The position numbers and the translations under genes were made by a program. From Caldicoprobacterales bacterium (GTDB lineage: Bacteria; Bacillota; Clostridia; Caldicoprobacterales; UBA3941): a stretch of 64,000 bases of DNA. The stretch covers positions 787,809 through 851,808 of the forward strand of contig JBMNFJ010000016.1 in the NCBI GenBank assembly GCA_050949255.1, read 5' to 3'. How positions within the stretch are numbered: position 1 is the first letter of the stretch; the number at the start of each line of letters is the position of its first letter. The notes below the pieces were generated by a model. It searched no databases. It had not been told where the DNA came from and worked only from the letters and a program-made list of their open reading frames with translations. Positions 1 through 9,154 of the stretch are shown here, piece after piece.

Positions 1-250
1 AGCTACCCACAAAAGTATTACCGAACACAACCCATAACGCAGAAATTCCAAAGTTCCAACCGATATTTCCTGCATATCCAATAAACAATACTGCAGAAAA
101 GTATGCGGTGCCATAAGAGAAGGCCGACATCCATGGGTTCACCGATCGCCCTGCAAGAAAAAAGTCAGATACTCCTTTTATTCTAGACATACTAGCCAGT
201 CCAATTAATGCAATTACAGCTACATATCCAATAATGAAATATAAATACAT
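1..250 (-). CDS. sodium:solute symporter (SSS) family transporter, N-terminal part; gene runs off the window start
   Basis: Not in ORF track because it is truncated. Reverse-strand ATG at 248-250 gives MYLYFIIGYVAVIALIGLASMSRIKGVSDFFLAGRSVNPWMSAFSYGTAYFSAVLFIGYAGNIGW. This is a TM helix followed by the FLAGR motif typical of SSS carriers. Confidence 0.6.
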   Translation of the reverse strand, partial: MYLYFIIGYVAVIALIGLASMSRIKGVSDFFLAGRSVNPWMSAFSYGTAYFSAVLFIGYAGNIGWNFGISALWVVFGNTFVGS

Positions 251-553
251 AATACCATCCTTCCGTACTACTCTATATAATATATTTTTGGTCCTATCTT
301 TTATGGTAATAAAGACCATGCTACTGTTCTTCCATATGGATGATTATACGGTATTTTTGTAAAAAAGGAAAGTCTAATGTTTATTTTTTAACTTTTAGGG
401 AATAATTAATGATTTACTTTTGGATTCAAAGAGATACCTTAGGATAGAATAAAAAGGAGAATAATAGGGAAATAATAAAATATAAGTTAAGAAAAAGGTC
501 TTCAATTAAAATATGTGTAAACAATATAATTTTATATTAGGAGGAATCATAAA

Positions 554-727
554 ATGAAAAACCGTGTACCACGTAGAAATCAACCACTTGAGGGTGTTAA
601 ATGTACTGTAGATAGTTGTTATTACAATAGTGGTGGAACATATTGTAATGCCGCAAGTATTGAGATACAACCCCCTGGTGCAATTGATACAGAAGAAACT
701 GATTGCGCAACTTTTATCAATAAGTAA
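554..727 (+). CDS. small Cys-rich DUF1540-like protein (57 aa)
   Basis: Below the ORF-track size cutoff. AGGAGG lies 8 nt upstream of the ATG. Product is MKNRVPRRNQPLEGVKCTVDSCYYNSGGTYCNAASIEIQPPGAIDTEETDCATFINK, with a C-x4-C...C...C pattern as remembered for DUF1540. A hairpin terminator follows. Confidence 0.55.
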   Translation: MKNRVPRRNQPLEGVKCTVDSCYYNSGGTYCNAASIEIQPPGAIDTEETDCATFINK

Positions 728-822
728 CGGGATTTAGGTTATCTTGTAAAATCCCAATTAGTTAACTTTATTCCCAAAGAAAACTTTACTTAAGCCAATG
801 ACATTAAACTGTAAAATAGACA

Positions 823-854
823 AAACCCCTGAAAATTAATATTTCCAGGGGTTT
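823..854. terminator. bidirectional hairpin terminator between the DUF1540 gene and the minus-strand tRNA cluster
   Basis: AAACCCCTG-N14-CAGGGGTTT stem with T-rich tracts on both strands. Confidence 0.6.
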
Positions 855-857
855 CTT

Positions 858-933
858 TGGTGGGCCATCAGGGACTCGAACCCGGGACGCCCTGATTAAG
901 AGTCAGGTGCTCTACCAACTGAGCTAATGGCCC
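858..933 (-). tRNA. tRNA-Lys(CTT)
   Basis: Reverse complement GGGCCATTAGCTCAGTTGGTAGAGCACCTGACTCTTAATCAGG...CCCACCA folds as a cloverleaf. Anticodon loop is CTCTTAA and CCA is encoded. One C-U mismatch in the T stem. Confidence 0.85.
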
Positions 934-956
934 TCATAAAACAAATTAACTACTGA

Positions 957-1033
957 TGGCGCGCCCAGTAGGATTTGAACCTACGACCTCCAGATTCGAA
1001 GTCTGTAACTCTATCCAGCTGAGCTATGGGCGC
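957..1033 (-). tRNA. tRNA-Arg(TCG)
   Basis: Reverse complement GCGCCCATAGCTCAGCTGGATAGAGTTACAGACTTCGAATCTGG...GGGCGCGCCA. Anticodon loop CTTCGAA. Confidence 0.85.
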
Positions 1034-1037
1034 ATAT

Positions 1038-1111
<74 letters not shown>

Positions 1112-1115
1112 ATTT

Positions 1116-1190
1116 TGGAGCGGAAGACGGGATTCGAACCCGCGACATTCGCCTTGGCAAGGCGACGCTCTACCACTGAGCCACTCCCGC
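1116..1190 (-). tRNA. tRNA-Gly(GCC)
   Basis: Reverse complement GCGGGAGTGGCTCAGTGGTAGAGCGTCGCCTTGCCAAGGCGA...CCGCTCCA. Anticodon loop TTGCCAA. Confidence 0.9.
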
Positions 1191-1226
1191 ATATGATGTA
1201 TGCATAAACCCTATAAAATAAGAGTT

Positions 1227-1311
1227 TGGTGCGGGCGAAGAGATTCGAACTCCCACGCCTCGCGGCACTAGATCCTAAGTCTAGCGCGTCTGCCAGTTCC
1301 GCCACGCCCGC
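1227..1311 (-). tRNA. tRNA-Leu(TAG)
   Basis: 85-nt class II tRNA with a long variable arm. Anticodon stem-loop is CTAGA-CTTAGGA-TCTAG. Confidence 0.9.
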
Positions 1312-1334
1312 AAATAATAGCTATTAAGTTTAGA

Positions 1335-1410
1335 TGGTGACCCATCGGCGACTCGAACGCCGGACTCCTTGATTAAAAGTCAAGTGCTCTACCGACTGAG
1401 CTAATGGGTC
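1335..1410 (-). tRNA. tRNA-Lys(TTT)
   Basis: Reverse complement GACCCATTAGCTCAGTCGGTAGAGCACTTGACTTTTAATCAAGG...GGGTCACCA. Anticodon loop CTTTTAA. Confidence 0.9.
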
Positions 1411-1416
1411 AAAACT

Positions 1417-1491
1417 TGGCTGGGGCGGCAGGATTCGAACCTACGAATGCGGGAGTCAAAGTCCCGTGCCTTACCGCTTGGCTACGCCCCA
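1417..1491 (-). tRNA. tRNA-Gln(TTG)
   Basis: Reverse complement TGGGGCGTAGCCAAGCGGTAAGGCACGGGACTTTGACTCCCG...CCCCAGCCA. Anticodon loop CTTTGAC. Confidence 0.9.
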
Positions 1492-1497
1492 ATTTTG

Positions 1498-1575
1498 TGG
1501 GGTGGGTAACGGGATTCGAACCCACGACCTCCAGAGCCACAATCTGGCGCTCTAACCAACTGAGCTATACCCACC
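1498..1575 (-). tRNA. tRNA-His(GTG)
   Basis: Reverse complement GGTGGGTATAGCTCAGTTGGTTAGAGCGCCAGATTGTGGCTCTGG...ACCCACCCCA. Anticodon loop TTGTGGC, with the extra 5' G typical of tRNA-His. Confidence 0.9.
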
Positions 1576-1693
1576 ACAATTTTTTATTATTTTTTGTCAA
1601 AAGAGATTCTATTTGTTGAAGTTTCAAAAATATAGAATTTCAATTATATCTGTTGATAAATTTTTCTTGAATTAAATTTTTGAAACTTACTAT

Positions 1694-1770
<77 letters not shown>

Positions 1771-1781
1771 ATCTCATCGTC

Positions 1782-1855
<74 letters not shown>

Positions 1856-1875
1856 AGATCGGCTAACAATTAAAG

Positions 1876-1904
1876 ATTCTACCATAAAACTGATGCAATG
1901 TCAA
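1876..1904 (-). promoter_or_regulatory. sigma-A type promoter of the minus-strand tRNA operon
   Basis: Minus strand reads TTGACA-17 nt-TAGAAT, about 20 nt upstream of the first tRNA (Gly-TCC at 1855). Confidence 0.6.
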
Positions 1905-2059
1905 TATCTTTAAACTATTATATAGCCAATTCATCAACAGCGATTTTTAGTATAAACTAAATTTACACTCTAGTCAAGCCCATTTTTATAACTTATTATA
2001 CTGAACTAATATAGGACTAATATAGGGGATTAAAATTAATTATATAAAATAGCTAAGAC

Positions 2060-2662
2060 CTAATCAATAAGGCCCTCACTAATCATGATATTCTTCATCT
2101 TATCAAGTGCTATGGCTCTGTGGCTAATTTGGTTCTTTATATGATCCCCTAGTTGTGCGAAGGTTTCATCGTAGCCATCGGGAATAAATATTGGATCATA
2201 GCCAAACCCTTTATCGCCGATAGGCCTGTCCGAAATTCTTCCGCGACAGATTCCTTCGGCTGTATAGATTTTCCCATTAGGATATATAAGAGCCATAACG
2301 CACCGAAACTGGGCTCCCCTCTTTTCCATCGGGATGTTGTTTAAAAGCGCAAGAAGTTTTCTGTTGTTTCTTTCATCAGTAGCACCTTGACCGGAAAAGC
2401 GTGCAGAAAAGACTCCTGGCTGTCCATTGATCGCGTCCACTTCTAACCCCGAATCATCAGCCAATGTCAATTCTCCAACGGTTTTCATAACACATAGGCC
2501 TTTCTTTATGGCATTTTCCTTGATACTATGACCGTCCTCTGTTATTTTTCCCGTGAATCCAATATCCTCAAGGGAAAGGATTTCAATATCCTGTTCACCG
2601 ATAATTGCCTTAATTTCCTTGATTTTTCCCTTATTGTTGGATGCTATTATTATTCTTTTCAT
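2060..2662 (-). CDS. rdgB: XTP/dITP diphosphatase (non-canonical purine NTP pyrophosphatase, RdgB/HAM1 family)
   Basis: 200 aa. Contains MKRIIIASNNKGKIKEIK...FGYDPIF...SHR, typical RdgB motifs. SD is AAGGAG. Confidence 0.9.
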   Translation of the reverse strand: MKRIIIASNNKGKIKEIKAIIGEQDIEILSLEDIGFTGKITEDGHSIKENAIKKGLCVMKTVGELTLADDSGLEVDAINGQPGVFSARFSGQGATDERNNRKLLALLNNIPMEKRGAQFRCVMALIYPNGKIYTAEGICRGRISDRPIGDKGFGYDPIFIPDGYDETFAQLGDHIKNQISHRAIALDKMKNIMISEGLID

Positions 2663-2689
2663 AGTACTCCTTTTATAAAATGATTCAGA

Positions 2690-2824
2690 TAATATGGTTT
2701 TTCCCAGAAAGCAAGTTGGACTGTGATCTCATATACGTTTTTAGGCCTTGGCTTATACCAATCCAAGACCATAACCGCATATGAGACTCAGCTAAAATAC
2801 TCTCTGGGATGAAACCATTATATA
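2690..2824 (-). other. about 135-nt imperfect rod-like hairpin (candidate structured RNA or processing element) in the gerM-rdgB spacer
   Basis: Minus strand TAATGGTTTCATCCCAGAGAG...CTCATATGCG...GGTCTTGG(loop)CCAAGGCC...CGTATATGAG...CTTTCTGGGAAAAACCATATTA. The two imperfect positions are G-U on the minus-strand RNA and A-C on the plus strand. Confidence 0.4.
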
Positions 2825-2860
2825 ATATAATTTTGTGCTTTAAAAGTATATCGGGGAATT

Positions 2861-3850
2861 CTAATACTCATTAGCAAATGCTGGTGTTACCAAGGGTGAA
2901 TTCCCCTTATACTCAACCCCTTCAACCAAGATTTTTAAGTTCGTAACCTCTGGGAATTGCATAGCAGTTAGCCCTATGGCTTTTAGCACCATAGCTTCAT
3001 GTTCTGAATCTTTAAGGGCTTCAAACTCTTTACTTAGATTCACATAGGTAATCCCATTGTCCAATTGGATCCCCAAGATTTTTGTATTCTCTGGTATATC
3101 AAGACGAAGATTTGATCCCAACTTTGGCCCTTTTAATAATTCTTCCAAAGCGGTCTCTAATGTGGCAGATGGATTTGATGTTATTCGAGTTATGGGCACC
3201 AGGTAATCATATCTACTGGAGGATGTGTTGTGAAAAAACACCGTGACTTCGGCACCATTCTCCTGGGAATCAGGTGATAGTTCCAGATTTATTCCCCCGG
3301 GTTCTATCGGATCACCTACATGTGTACCATACTTTAAGGTATCTACTATCTTCCCATCGAACAAGAACTGAACCCGATCTATGGCCGGAAATTCTACAAG
3401 GGTCATAACTACGCCTTTAACCATATTATTCTCAGAGATAGCATCCGGATAATCCATAGCAACAGCATTTAGATCTACTTTTGCCAGGCCATCATTAATA
3501 GAGATACCGTTTATTACCGTATTAGCAGGTAATAAAGGCTTTAGCCCCATCTCCAACAATGCCTGTTGTTGTTCGGGTGTATCCATTAACTGTTGAAGAG
3601 TAGCTTTGGCTATTCCCTCTTCCCATTGTATTTTTCTCATTACAGGCACCAGATATCCGGCATCGTCCTGGTAAAATAAAATTGTTTCCCTAGTGTTGTC
3701 ATCCTCCTCTGTATCTTCATCCTCAAGCTCGGGAATATCTTCCTCAGTGGGTTTGACATCATCTTTCTTTCGTATTATACCGCAGCCTAAGACGGTTATT
3801 GAAAAAATAAGTAGAAATAATATTACTAAAGTCAGCTTTTTATAAAACAT
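2861..3850 (-). CDS. gerM: GerM-like sporulation/germination lipoprotein (GerMN domains)
   Basis: Signal peptide with lipobox VLGC. Acidic linker and two repeated domains. Same position as B. subtilis gerM, upstream of rph-rdgB. Start moved to the ATG at 3850 (GAGGGGGGAG SD) instead of the TTG at 3868. Confidence 0.7.
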   Translation of the reverse strand: MFYKKLTLVILFLLIFSITVLGCGIIRKKDDVKPTEEDIPELEDEDTEEDDNTRETILFYQDDAGYLVPVMRKIQWEEGIAKATLQQLMDTPEQQQALLEMGLKPLLPANTVINGISINDGLAKVDLNAVAMDYPDAISENNMVKGVVMTLVEFPAIDRVQFLFDGKIVDTLKYGTHVGDPIEPGGINLELSPDSQENGAEVTVFFHNTSSSRYDYLVPITRITSNPSATLETALEELLKGPKLGSNLRLDIPENTKILGIQLDNGITYVNLSKEFEALKDSEHEAMVLKAIGLTAMQFPEVTNLKILVEGVEYKGNSPLVTPAFANEY

Positions 3851-4140
3851 GGTCTCCCCCCTCACCAATATCTTGGTATTATTTATATTATAGATTGAAA
3901 AGGAGTATGTCTATTGCATCAACATTTTATCGATTACATTATTTTGTTTATTATCAAAAACAACTAGGCTCCTGAAGCCTTAACAACTGAATTTCATCAA
4001 TTTAGTCTAATTCGATTAATTATATAATGAAATAATTGGAATTCACTTAGTGTTTTATCAACTTACTATTAAATATAGTAACGGGGATTTATTATCGCCA
4101 AAAAATAATGTATAATTGTCTTCTATAGGAGGGGATAATC

Positions 4141-5907
4141 ATGGCACTAGATGGCATACTACTAAACTGTATTTTAGCTGAGCTAGAAGATAAAATAATC
4201 GGAGGAAGGATAGATAGGGTGTATCAACCCGAAAGGGATGAAATCCATATAGTAATTAGGCAAAACAATCAAGATAGGAAGCTTTTAATCTCTGCAAGTC
4301 CTAATTATCCTAGGATTCATCTCACAAAAACACAAAAAAGCAATCCTATAACTCCCCCCGTATTTTGTATGGTTTTGAGGAAACACTTACTTGGTGGCAG
4401 AATTATTGGAATAGAACAGCCACATTTTGAAAGGATTTTAATCTTGTCTGTAGAAGCCCGGGATGAATTAGGTGACCTATCCGTAAAAAGGTTGATTGTT
4501 GAAATAATGGGGAGACATAGCAATATTATTCTGGTTGATGATAAGGATCTAATTATAGATAGTATCAAGCGTATAGGCGAAGGAATAAGTAGATTACGCC
4601 AAGTATTGCCCGGTAGTAGTTATAGTTTCCCCCCTTCCCAAAATAAGCATAATCCCCTGATCCAGGATGAAATCACCTTAAAAAGTATTCTGGGCATGTC
4701 TCTAGACTCAAAAAGAGCTGCTCGAATTATATTCGACAGTTTTACAGGGGTATCTAGGGTCACCGCTCAGGAGATAGTATACCGCGCAGAAATTGATAAT
4801 ACTAAAGTACAAAGTTCGACTGAGGACTCATATTTAGGAGAAGGGCTGTTTCATTCATTCTTGGACTTTTTTGAGGCTGTAAAAAGAATGGATTATAGAC
4901 CCACTATATTGAAGGACGAATCTGGGCGACCTTTGGACATATTCCCTTTTCCATTTTATCAATTTCCAGCAGATTTAGAGGAGCATTATAATTCTATCTC
5001 TATCGCACTGGATACTTTCTTTGAAACCCGAGACAGGATAGAAAGAATACGCCAACGTACCTCAAACATCTCAAAGATACTCAACACGAATTTAAGTCGA
5101 GTCCAAAAAAAACGTGGTATCCTTTTAGATGAATATGAGAAAGCCAAAAATGCAGACAAATACAAATTGTTTGGTGAATTAATTTTAGCTAATCTCTACC
5201 AAATCCCTGATGGCTTGGACAAGGTTGAGCTAGTAAATTATTATGATTCAGATGGTAAACCTATCGAAATACCATTGGATGAAAGAAAAACGCCGAGTCA
5301 AAATGCACAGGATTTTTATAAGAAATATAACAAAGCAAAAAATGCCTTAGTCATGATAAAAAAACAACTCAAGGATGCAGATGACGAAATACAATATCTA
5401 GAAACACAATTAGACAATCTAGAAAAATGCACCGAGGAGATAGAAATTCAGGAGATACAACAGGAGCTGGCCGAAGAAGGATACATTAAGCTTCGGAGTA
5501 AACGAAAACAACCAAAAGGACCAGTCAAATCCAAACCCTATCACTTTATCTCCTCAGATGGTTTTGATATCTATGTAGGTAAAAACAATACACAGAACGA
5601 TAGACTGACGTTAAGAACTGCAGAACCCAATGACTTGTGGTTGCACACAAAGGAAATTCCTGGCTCTCATGTTGTTGTAAAATCTCAAGGACAAAGGATA
5701 CCAAACACAACCTTACTGGAGGCTGGCATTTTGGCTGCCTATTATAGCAAGGCAAAAGATTCGTCCAATGTACCTGTTGATTATTGTCCACGTAAAAACG
5801 TACGAAAACCTAATGGAGCCAAGCCAGGAATGGTTATATACGATAATTACAAGACCATGTATGTTACGCCAAGTGAGGATGTGGTGAACAGATTGAAAAG
5901 AATATAG
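4141..5907 (+). CDS. rqcH: ribosome quality control protein RqcH (NFACT / fibronectin-binding protein A family)
   Basis: 588 aa. N-terminus MALDGILLNCILAELEDKIIGGRIDRVYQPERDEIHIVIR resembles B. subtilis YloA/RqcH. Has a coiled-coil middle and a C-terminal NFACT-R region with PGSHVVV. Confidence 0.85.
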   Translation: MALDGILLNCILAELEDKIIGGRIDRVYQPERDEIHIVIRQNNQDRKLLISASPNYPRIHLTKTQKSNPITPPVFCMVLRKHLLGGRIIGIEQPHFERILILSVEARDELGDLSVKRLIVEIMGRHSNIILVDDKDLIIDSIKRIGEGISRLRQVLPGSSYSFPPSQNKHNPLIQDEITLKSILGMSLDSKRAARIIFDSFTGVSRVTAQEIVYRAEIDNTKVQSSTEDSYLGEGLFHSFLDFFEAVKRMDYRPTILKDESGRPLDIFPFPFYQFPADLEEHYNSISIALDTFFETRDRIERIRQRTSNISKILNTNLSRVQKKRGILLDEYEKAKNADKYKLFGELILANLYQIPDGLDKVELVNYYDSDGKPIEIPLDERKTPSQNAQDFYKKYNKAKNALVMIKKQLKDADDEIQYLETQLDNLEKCTEEIEIQEIQQELAEEGYIKLRSKRKQPKGPVKSKPYHFISSDGFDIYVGKNNTQNDRLTLRTAEPNDLWLHTKEIPGSHVVVKSQGQRIPNTTLLEAGILAAYYSKAKDSSNVPVDYCPRKNVRKPNGAKPGMVIYDNYKTMYVTPSEDVVNRLKRI

Positions 5908-5913
5908 GCTCCG

Positions 5914-6222
5914 TTATCTTTCATCATGTTCCAGATAGTTGTGGGACTCGAGCATATATGCTGTTCCTTCATTCCCGGTATAGTGTAGCCTGGCATTTAT
6001 TGATACTATATGGCGATTTTTGTTATGCTTAATTTGGATATTATTGGGTCTGCCGTCATCTTGGCGATGTACCAGATAGTTCTCGATTATTTCTTGGGCA
6101 TTTTCATTGCTTATATTATCATAGATCATAAAATAGTCATTTTCATTGATTATGAGGGATATATCGTAGATTCCATCCCTAAATACCCTTTGTTCCAAGA
6201 TACTATCCAACATACATACCAC
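5914..6222 (-). CDS. hypothetical protein (about 100 aa); no family recognised
   Basis: ORF only. The likely start is the ATG at 6213 (SD AAAAGGGTGG). Convergent with rqcH, 6 bp apart. Confidence 0.4.
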   Translation of the reverse strand: MVCMLDSILEQRVFRDGIYDISLIINENDYFMIYDNISNENAQEIIENYLVHRQDDGRPNNIQIKHNKNRHIVSINARLHYTGNEGTAYMLESHNYLEHDER

Positions 6223-6333
6223 CCTTTTCTTTATTCAAATTATCATTGTAAAATAGTAGAAGCAATTACTTAAGTGAAGGACATGTTTCTATTCCCTTAT
6301 ATTTTGCTCCTTATATAGATTAAAATACACAAT

Positions 6334-6381
6334 AAAAAAAACGCCATGTGATTGGTTTGAGCTATGGCAATCATCATGGCG
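6334..6381 (-). terminator. rho-independent terminator downstream of the DsrE-like gene
   Basis: Minus strand CGCCATGATGATT...AATCACATGGCG followed by TTTTTTTT. Confidence 0.7.
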
Positions 6382-6452
6382 GAGATAAAAATATCCATAA
6401 TTTCGCTATTCATTAGGCCTATACAATTTAAATAAATCCATACTACAGGTGT

Positions 6453-6791
6453 TTACATGGTGATTATTTCATACCCCTGCTCTATGTAAGTAGACATAGC
6501 TGGATGTCCGCTCATTTCATCGCCCATAGGGATACCGACATTCTGGTTATACTCCAATACTCCCAACTTAGCAGAACAAGCCTTGCATATGGCAGCAATT
6601 AGTCCCTTATCTTTAGCCATTTTATATAACTTATTCTCCGACTCCTCCAGTTCATTAATCAATTTTACGGCTTCTCCTTCAATGATTACTTTAGACTCTA
6701 TTCCTTTGCTTTGCATATCAAGGGCATTGAGTAAAACGTGTTGAAAACACATCAGTTCACCTTTAAATGCGAAAATAGCGTATTTATTCAT
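6453..6791 (-). CDS. small DsrE/DsrF-like fold protein (tentative)
   Basis: Start moved to MNKYAIFAFKGE (ATG at 6791, SD AAGGGGAGG). About 112 aa with a CKACSAKLGV motif. The family assignment is from memory only. Confidence 0.4.
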   Translation of the reverse strand: MNKYAIFAFKGELMCFQHVLLNALDMQSKGIESKVIIEGEAVKLINELEESENKLYKMAKDKGLIAAICKACSAKLGVLEYNQNVGIPMGDEMSGHPAMSTYIEQGYEIITM

Positions 6792-7007
6792 GGTATCCTC
6801 CCCTTTTTTAATATGCTTATCGTTACCCCTTGATTTTAGGTTTTGAACAACCATTACTTTCATAACTTCCTTCATCCAGACACTATTGTCACTACGTCCT
6901 TTACTAAACCCAGCAAATGACTAGCATTATACTGCACCTTAAGACTCAGACAGCATTTAAATTCCAGTGAAGATATAATTCACTCTAGGTTTCTAGACAC
7001 TTATCTT

Positions 7008-7043
7008 AAAAAAAGGGCAGTAAGGAAATTCCTTACTGCCCCC
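7008..7043 (-). terminator. rho-independent terminator after pyrP
   Basis: Minus strand GGGGGCAGTAAGGAATTTCCTTACTGCCC followed by TTTTTTT. Confidence 0.8.
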
Positions 7044-7050
7044 TAAAATA

Positions 7051-8295
7051 TTAAATATTCTCTGGTAGAATTTTATTTAATACAACCCCTATAATAGCCG
7101 CAAGGCTCATGCCTGATAGTGTAACACCTTGAACTATGGTAAATTCTACGCCGCTAAGGCCCATGACTAACATAAGTGATACAACTATAAGGTTCCTGCT
7201 TTTGGAAAAATCAATCTTAGCTTCAGATAAAGTCCTAAGACCTATGCTGGCGATCATTCCAAACAGTAATATACTAACGCCGCCCATTACTGGAGCAGGA
7301 ATAGTTTTTAGAAGTGCTCCTATCTTGCCAACAAGACCTAGAGCAATTGCAAATACAGCCGCTATCCTTAAAATAAAAGGATCGTATACTTTTGTAACTG
7401 CTAAAACACCGGTATTTTCGCTGTAGGTGGTATTTGAAGGTCCTCCTAACAGCCCAGCAAACATGGTAGCCACCCCATCGCCTATAAGCGTTCTATGGAG
7501 ACCAGGATCTTTAAAGAAATCCTTCCCTACTACTGCCCCGTTAGTAGTTATATCTCCAATATGCTCCATAAAGGTAACTATGGCTATTGGTGCTATAAGG
7601 GAGATCGCCTTAATATCAAACTTTGGTAGAGTGAATGGAGGCAGTGCAAAAATCGAAGCATCCCTTATTGGAGTAAAATCAACGAATCCAAACAGAATCG
7701 ATACTATATAGCCCACTAAAATTCCAAGCAAAATCGGTACCAGTCTAAAGAACCCTTTAACAAATATAGAGACTACAACCATAGTAACCACGACAGCTAA
7801 TACTATTATCCATCGTTGTCCTAATGTTCCCATTGCTAGCACCTCAGATCCCTCAACTCCAACTATGTTATTAATTATTATAGATGGACTCAAGGTTAAA
7901 CCTATAACCATAATCATAGGACCTGTTACCAAGGGCGGGAAAAAACTTCGTATTCTGTCTACACCGAAGATTAAAACCAGACCAGCCAACACAAGGTATA
8001 GTAACCCCGCAACTATGATTCCACCTCCAGCGTATGCAATCCCTTGATCAGCAACTACAGCAGAAATAGCTGTTATAAAAGCAAAGCTAGAACCCAGGAA
8101 TACTGGCACCTTGCCCTTGGTTAATAAATGGAAGATCAGAGTTCCTACTCCTGCTGTAAACAATGCAACTGATGGATCCAAGCCAGTCAACGCTGGAACT
8201 AAAACTGTTGCACCAAACATCGCAAATACATGTTGAATACCCAGGATTATAGTTTTCCATGGGCTAAGCTTTGTTCCTTGAACAATTGATTCCAT
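7051..8295 (-). CDS. pyrP: uracil permease (NCS2 family)
   Basis: 414-aa polytopic membrane protein. Directly downstream of pyrR with a PyrR attenuator in between, as in Bacillus pyrR-pyrP. Confidence 0.85.
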   Translation of the reverse strand: MESIVQGTKLSPWKTIILGIQHVFAMFGATVLVPALTGLDPSVALFTAGVGTLIFHLLTKGKVPVFLGSSFAFITAISAVVADQGIAYAGGGIIVAGLLYLVLAGLVLIFGVDRIRSFFPPLVTGPMIMVIGLTLSPSIIINNIVGVEGSEVLAMGTLGQRWIIVLAVVVTMVVVSIFVKGFFRLVPILLGILVGYIVSILFGFVDFTPIRDASIFALPPFTLPKFDIKAISLIAPIAIVTFMEHIGDITTNGAVVGKDFFKDPGLHRTLIGDGVATMFAGLLGGPSNTTYSENTGVLAVTKVYDPFILRIAAVFAIALGLVGKIGALLKTIPAPVMGGVSILLFGMIASIGLRTLSEAKIDFSKSRNLIVVSLMLVMGLSGVEFTIVQGVTLSGMSLAAIIGVVLNKILPENI

Positions 8296-8346
8296 TTAAA
8301 TTCCTCCCTAAATAATATAAAATTCTTTTATGATATATTGCAAGGC

Positions 8347-8426
8347 ATAAAAAAATGCCTCGTAGTTAAACTACCAAGGCACAATACAGGTACTGTATTA
8401 TCCCTTGACAGCCTCACTGGACTGAT

Positions 8427-8427
<1 letters not shown>
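8347..8427 (-). promoter_or_regulatory. PyrR-dependent transcription attenuator (pyrR-pyrP spacer)
   Basis: Minus strand AATCAGTCCAGTGAGGCTGTCAAGGG matches the PyrR binding loop consensus (A/G)GUCCAGAGAGGCU. It is followed by the terminator GCCTTGGTAG-TTTAA-CTACGAGGC plus ATTTTTTT. Confidence 0.8.
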
Positions 8428-8969
<542 letters not shown>

Positions 8970-8984
8970 CTATATCACCTCATT

Positions 8985-9100
8985 AAAAAAACCTTACCAA
9001 AGGTAAGGCAACATGGACTGGAGACCATATATAAAGATCATATATTAGGCTCTAATATGTTTACCTTACCGGACTCACGGGACCAGCTTAAAGGTTTCAT
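8985..9100 (-). promoter_or_regulatory. PyrR-dependent attenuator in the pyrR leader
   Basis: Minus strand CCTTTAAGCTGGTCCCGTGAGTCCGGTAAGG is a PyrR-loop-like hairpin. Downstream lies the terminator CCTTACCTTTGGTAAGG plus TTTTTTT, just before the pyrR SD. Confidence 0.65.
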
Positions 9101-9154
9101 TTTTTAAAAGTATAGCATATCCTAAGCACCTTGTCTATAGTTAAATTAATATTT

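Noticed and set aside
2690-2824. 6S RNA as the identity of the long hairpin
   Set aside because: At about 135 nt it is well below the typical 6S length (about 180-200 nt), and the largest internal loop (about 8x9 nt) is small for a 6S central bubble. It is kept only as an unclassified structured element.
7136-8047. Three plus-strand ORFs (96, 94 and 60 aa) antisense to pyrP
   Set aside because: These are mirror frames of a membrane protein gene, with Pro/Ala/Ile-rich low-complexity products and no SD. The same reasoning applies to most other antisense track ORFs, for example 8542-8853, 13258-13665, 19776-20417, 29223-29711, 37582-37965, 48850-49311, 53515-53895, 57518-58606, 59873-60241 and 62981-63310.
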